From assembly GCF_041146345.1 (NCBI RefSeq), contig NW_027191409.1:62001-126000 (forward strand): a stretch of DNA of 64,000 bases. Reading direction: 5' to 3'. The notes beneath the pieces were generated by a model. The model was not told where the DNA came from and did no database searches. It saw only the letters and a list, made by a program, of their open reading frames with translations. Shown here in pieces: positions 63,627 to 64,000 of the stretch (its first letter is position 1; each line of letters begins with the position of its first letter). Source of the stretch: Neodothiora populina (taxonomy: Eukaryota). The translations under genes and the position numbers were made by a program.

Positions 63627-64000
63627 TAGAGAGGTCGTAAGCAGCTATAGGACAAAACAATACTAACGGTAGAATTACAATGAGAGCCGAGGCTCATTAG
63701 CATTCTGGCATCATAGCGACCGTCTGATTACTTGTCCCTGCATACAGAGAAAGGCGTACGGACCTGCCCGAGTAAGGATCACACGTCGACATAGCTGATA
63801 GACCTTGTCCTTGTCAAGAGCGAACAGTTATGTGATGGATTTTGATGGATTTTGTAAGTATATGGAACATTTGGAGACAAGGATCAGAGCCATGGGCGGT
63901 AAGGCTGGCTACGATGAGCATTTGGAGGAACAGGTACTATTGTTTCGTGATATCTCGACAAGTCCTTCTGTGGCCTGCGATAATAACTGGAAATCGACGT

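Overview
Gene-dense, intron-containing, roughly 50% GC DNA from a filamentous ascomycete (Pezizomycotina; Dothideomycete affinity is a guess). No prokaryotic features, CRISPR array or intact transposon is visible. About 20 protein-coding genes can be rebuilt by hand-splicing GT..CTRAY..YAG introns: GPI7, an F-box-like orphan, a YBT1-type ABCC transporter, NDUFA12, TOM7, HSH49/SF3B4, an STL1-type sugar porter, DUF3431, a MAPEG-like protein, a GH31 alpha-glucosidase, an IRS4/TAX4-like EH protein, DNA ligase 4, a divergent isoorotate decarboxylase/thymine-7-hydroxylase pair, a Mei2-like RRM protein, SEC15, a Dal5-family permease, an RCF3-like protein, DUF2015, eL28 and a small hypothetical protein. 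There is also an intron-containing tRNA-Gln(UUG) and a disrupted GFA1-like relic. The most notable observations are: an HMG-box-like domain inserted in frame in the luminal domain of GPI7; a CBM20 with altered starch-binding residues inserted in the GH31 catalytic domain; a ~135-bp-period motif array next to the tRNA; a 7-nt micro-exon and a hairpin intron in NDUFA12; and the GFA1-like pseudogene. All family assignments come from recognising motifs by eye, not from database searches.
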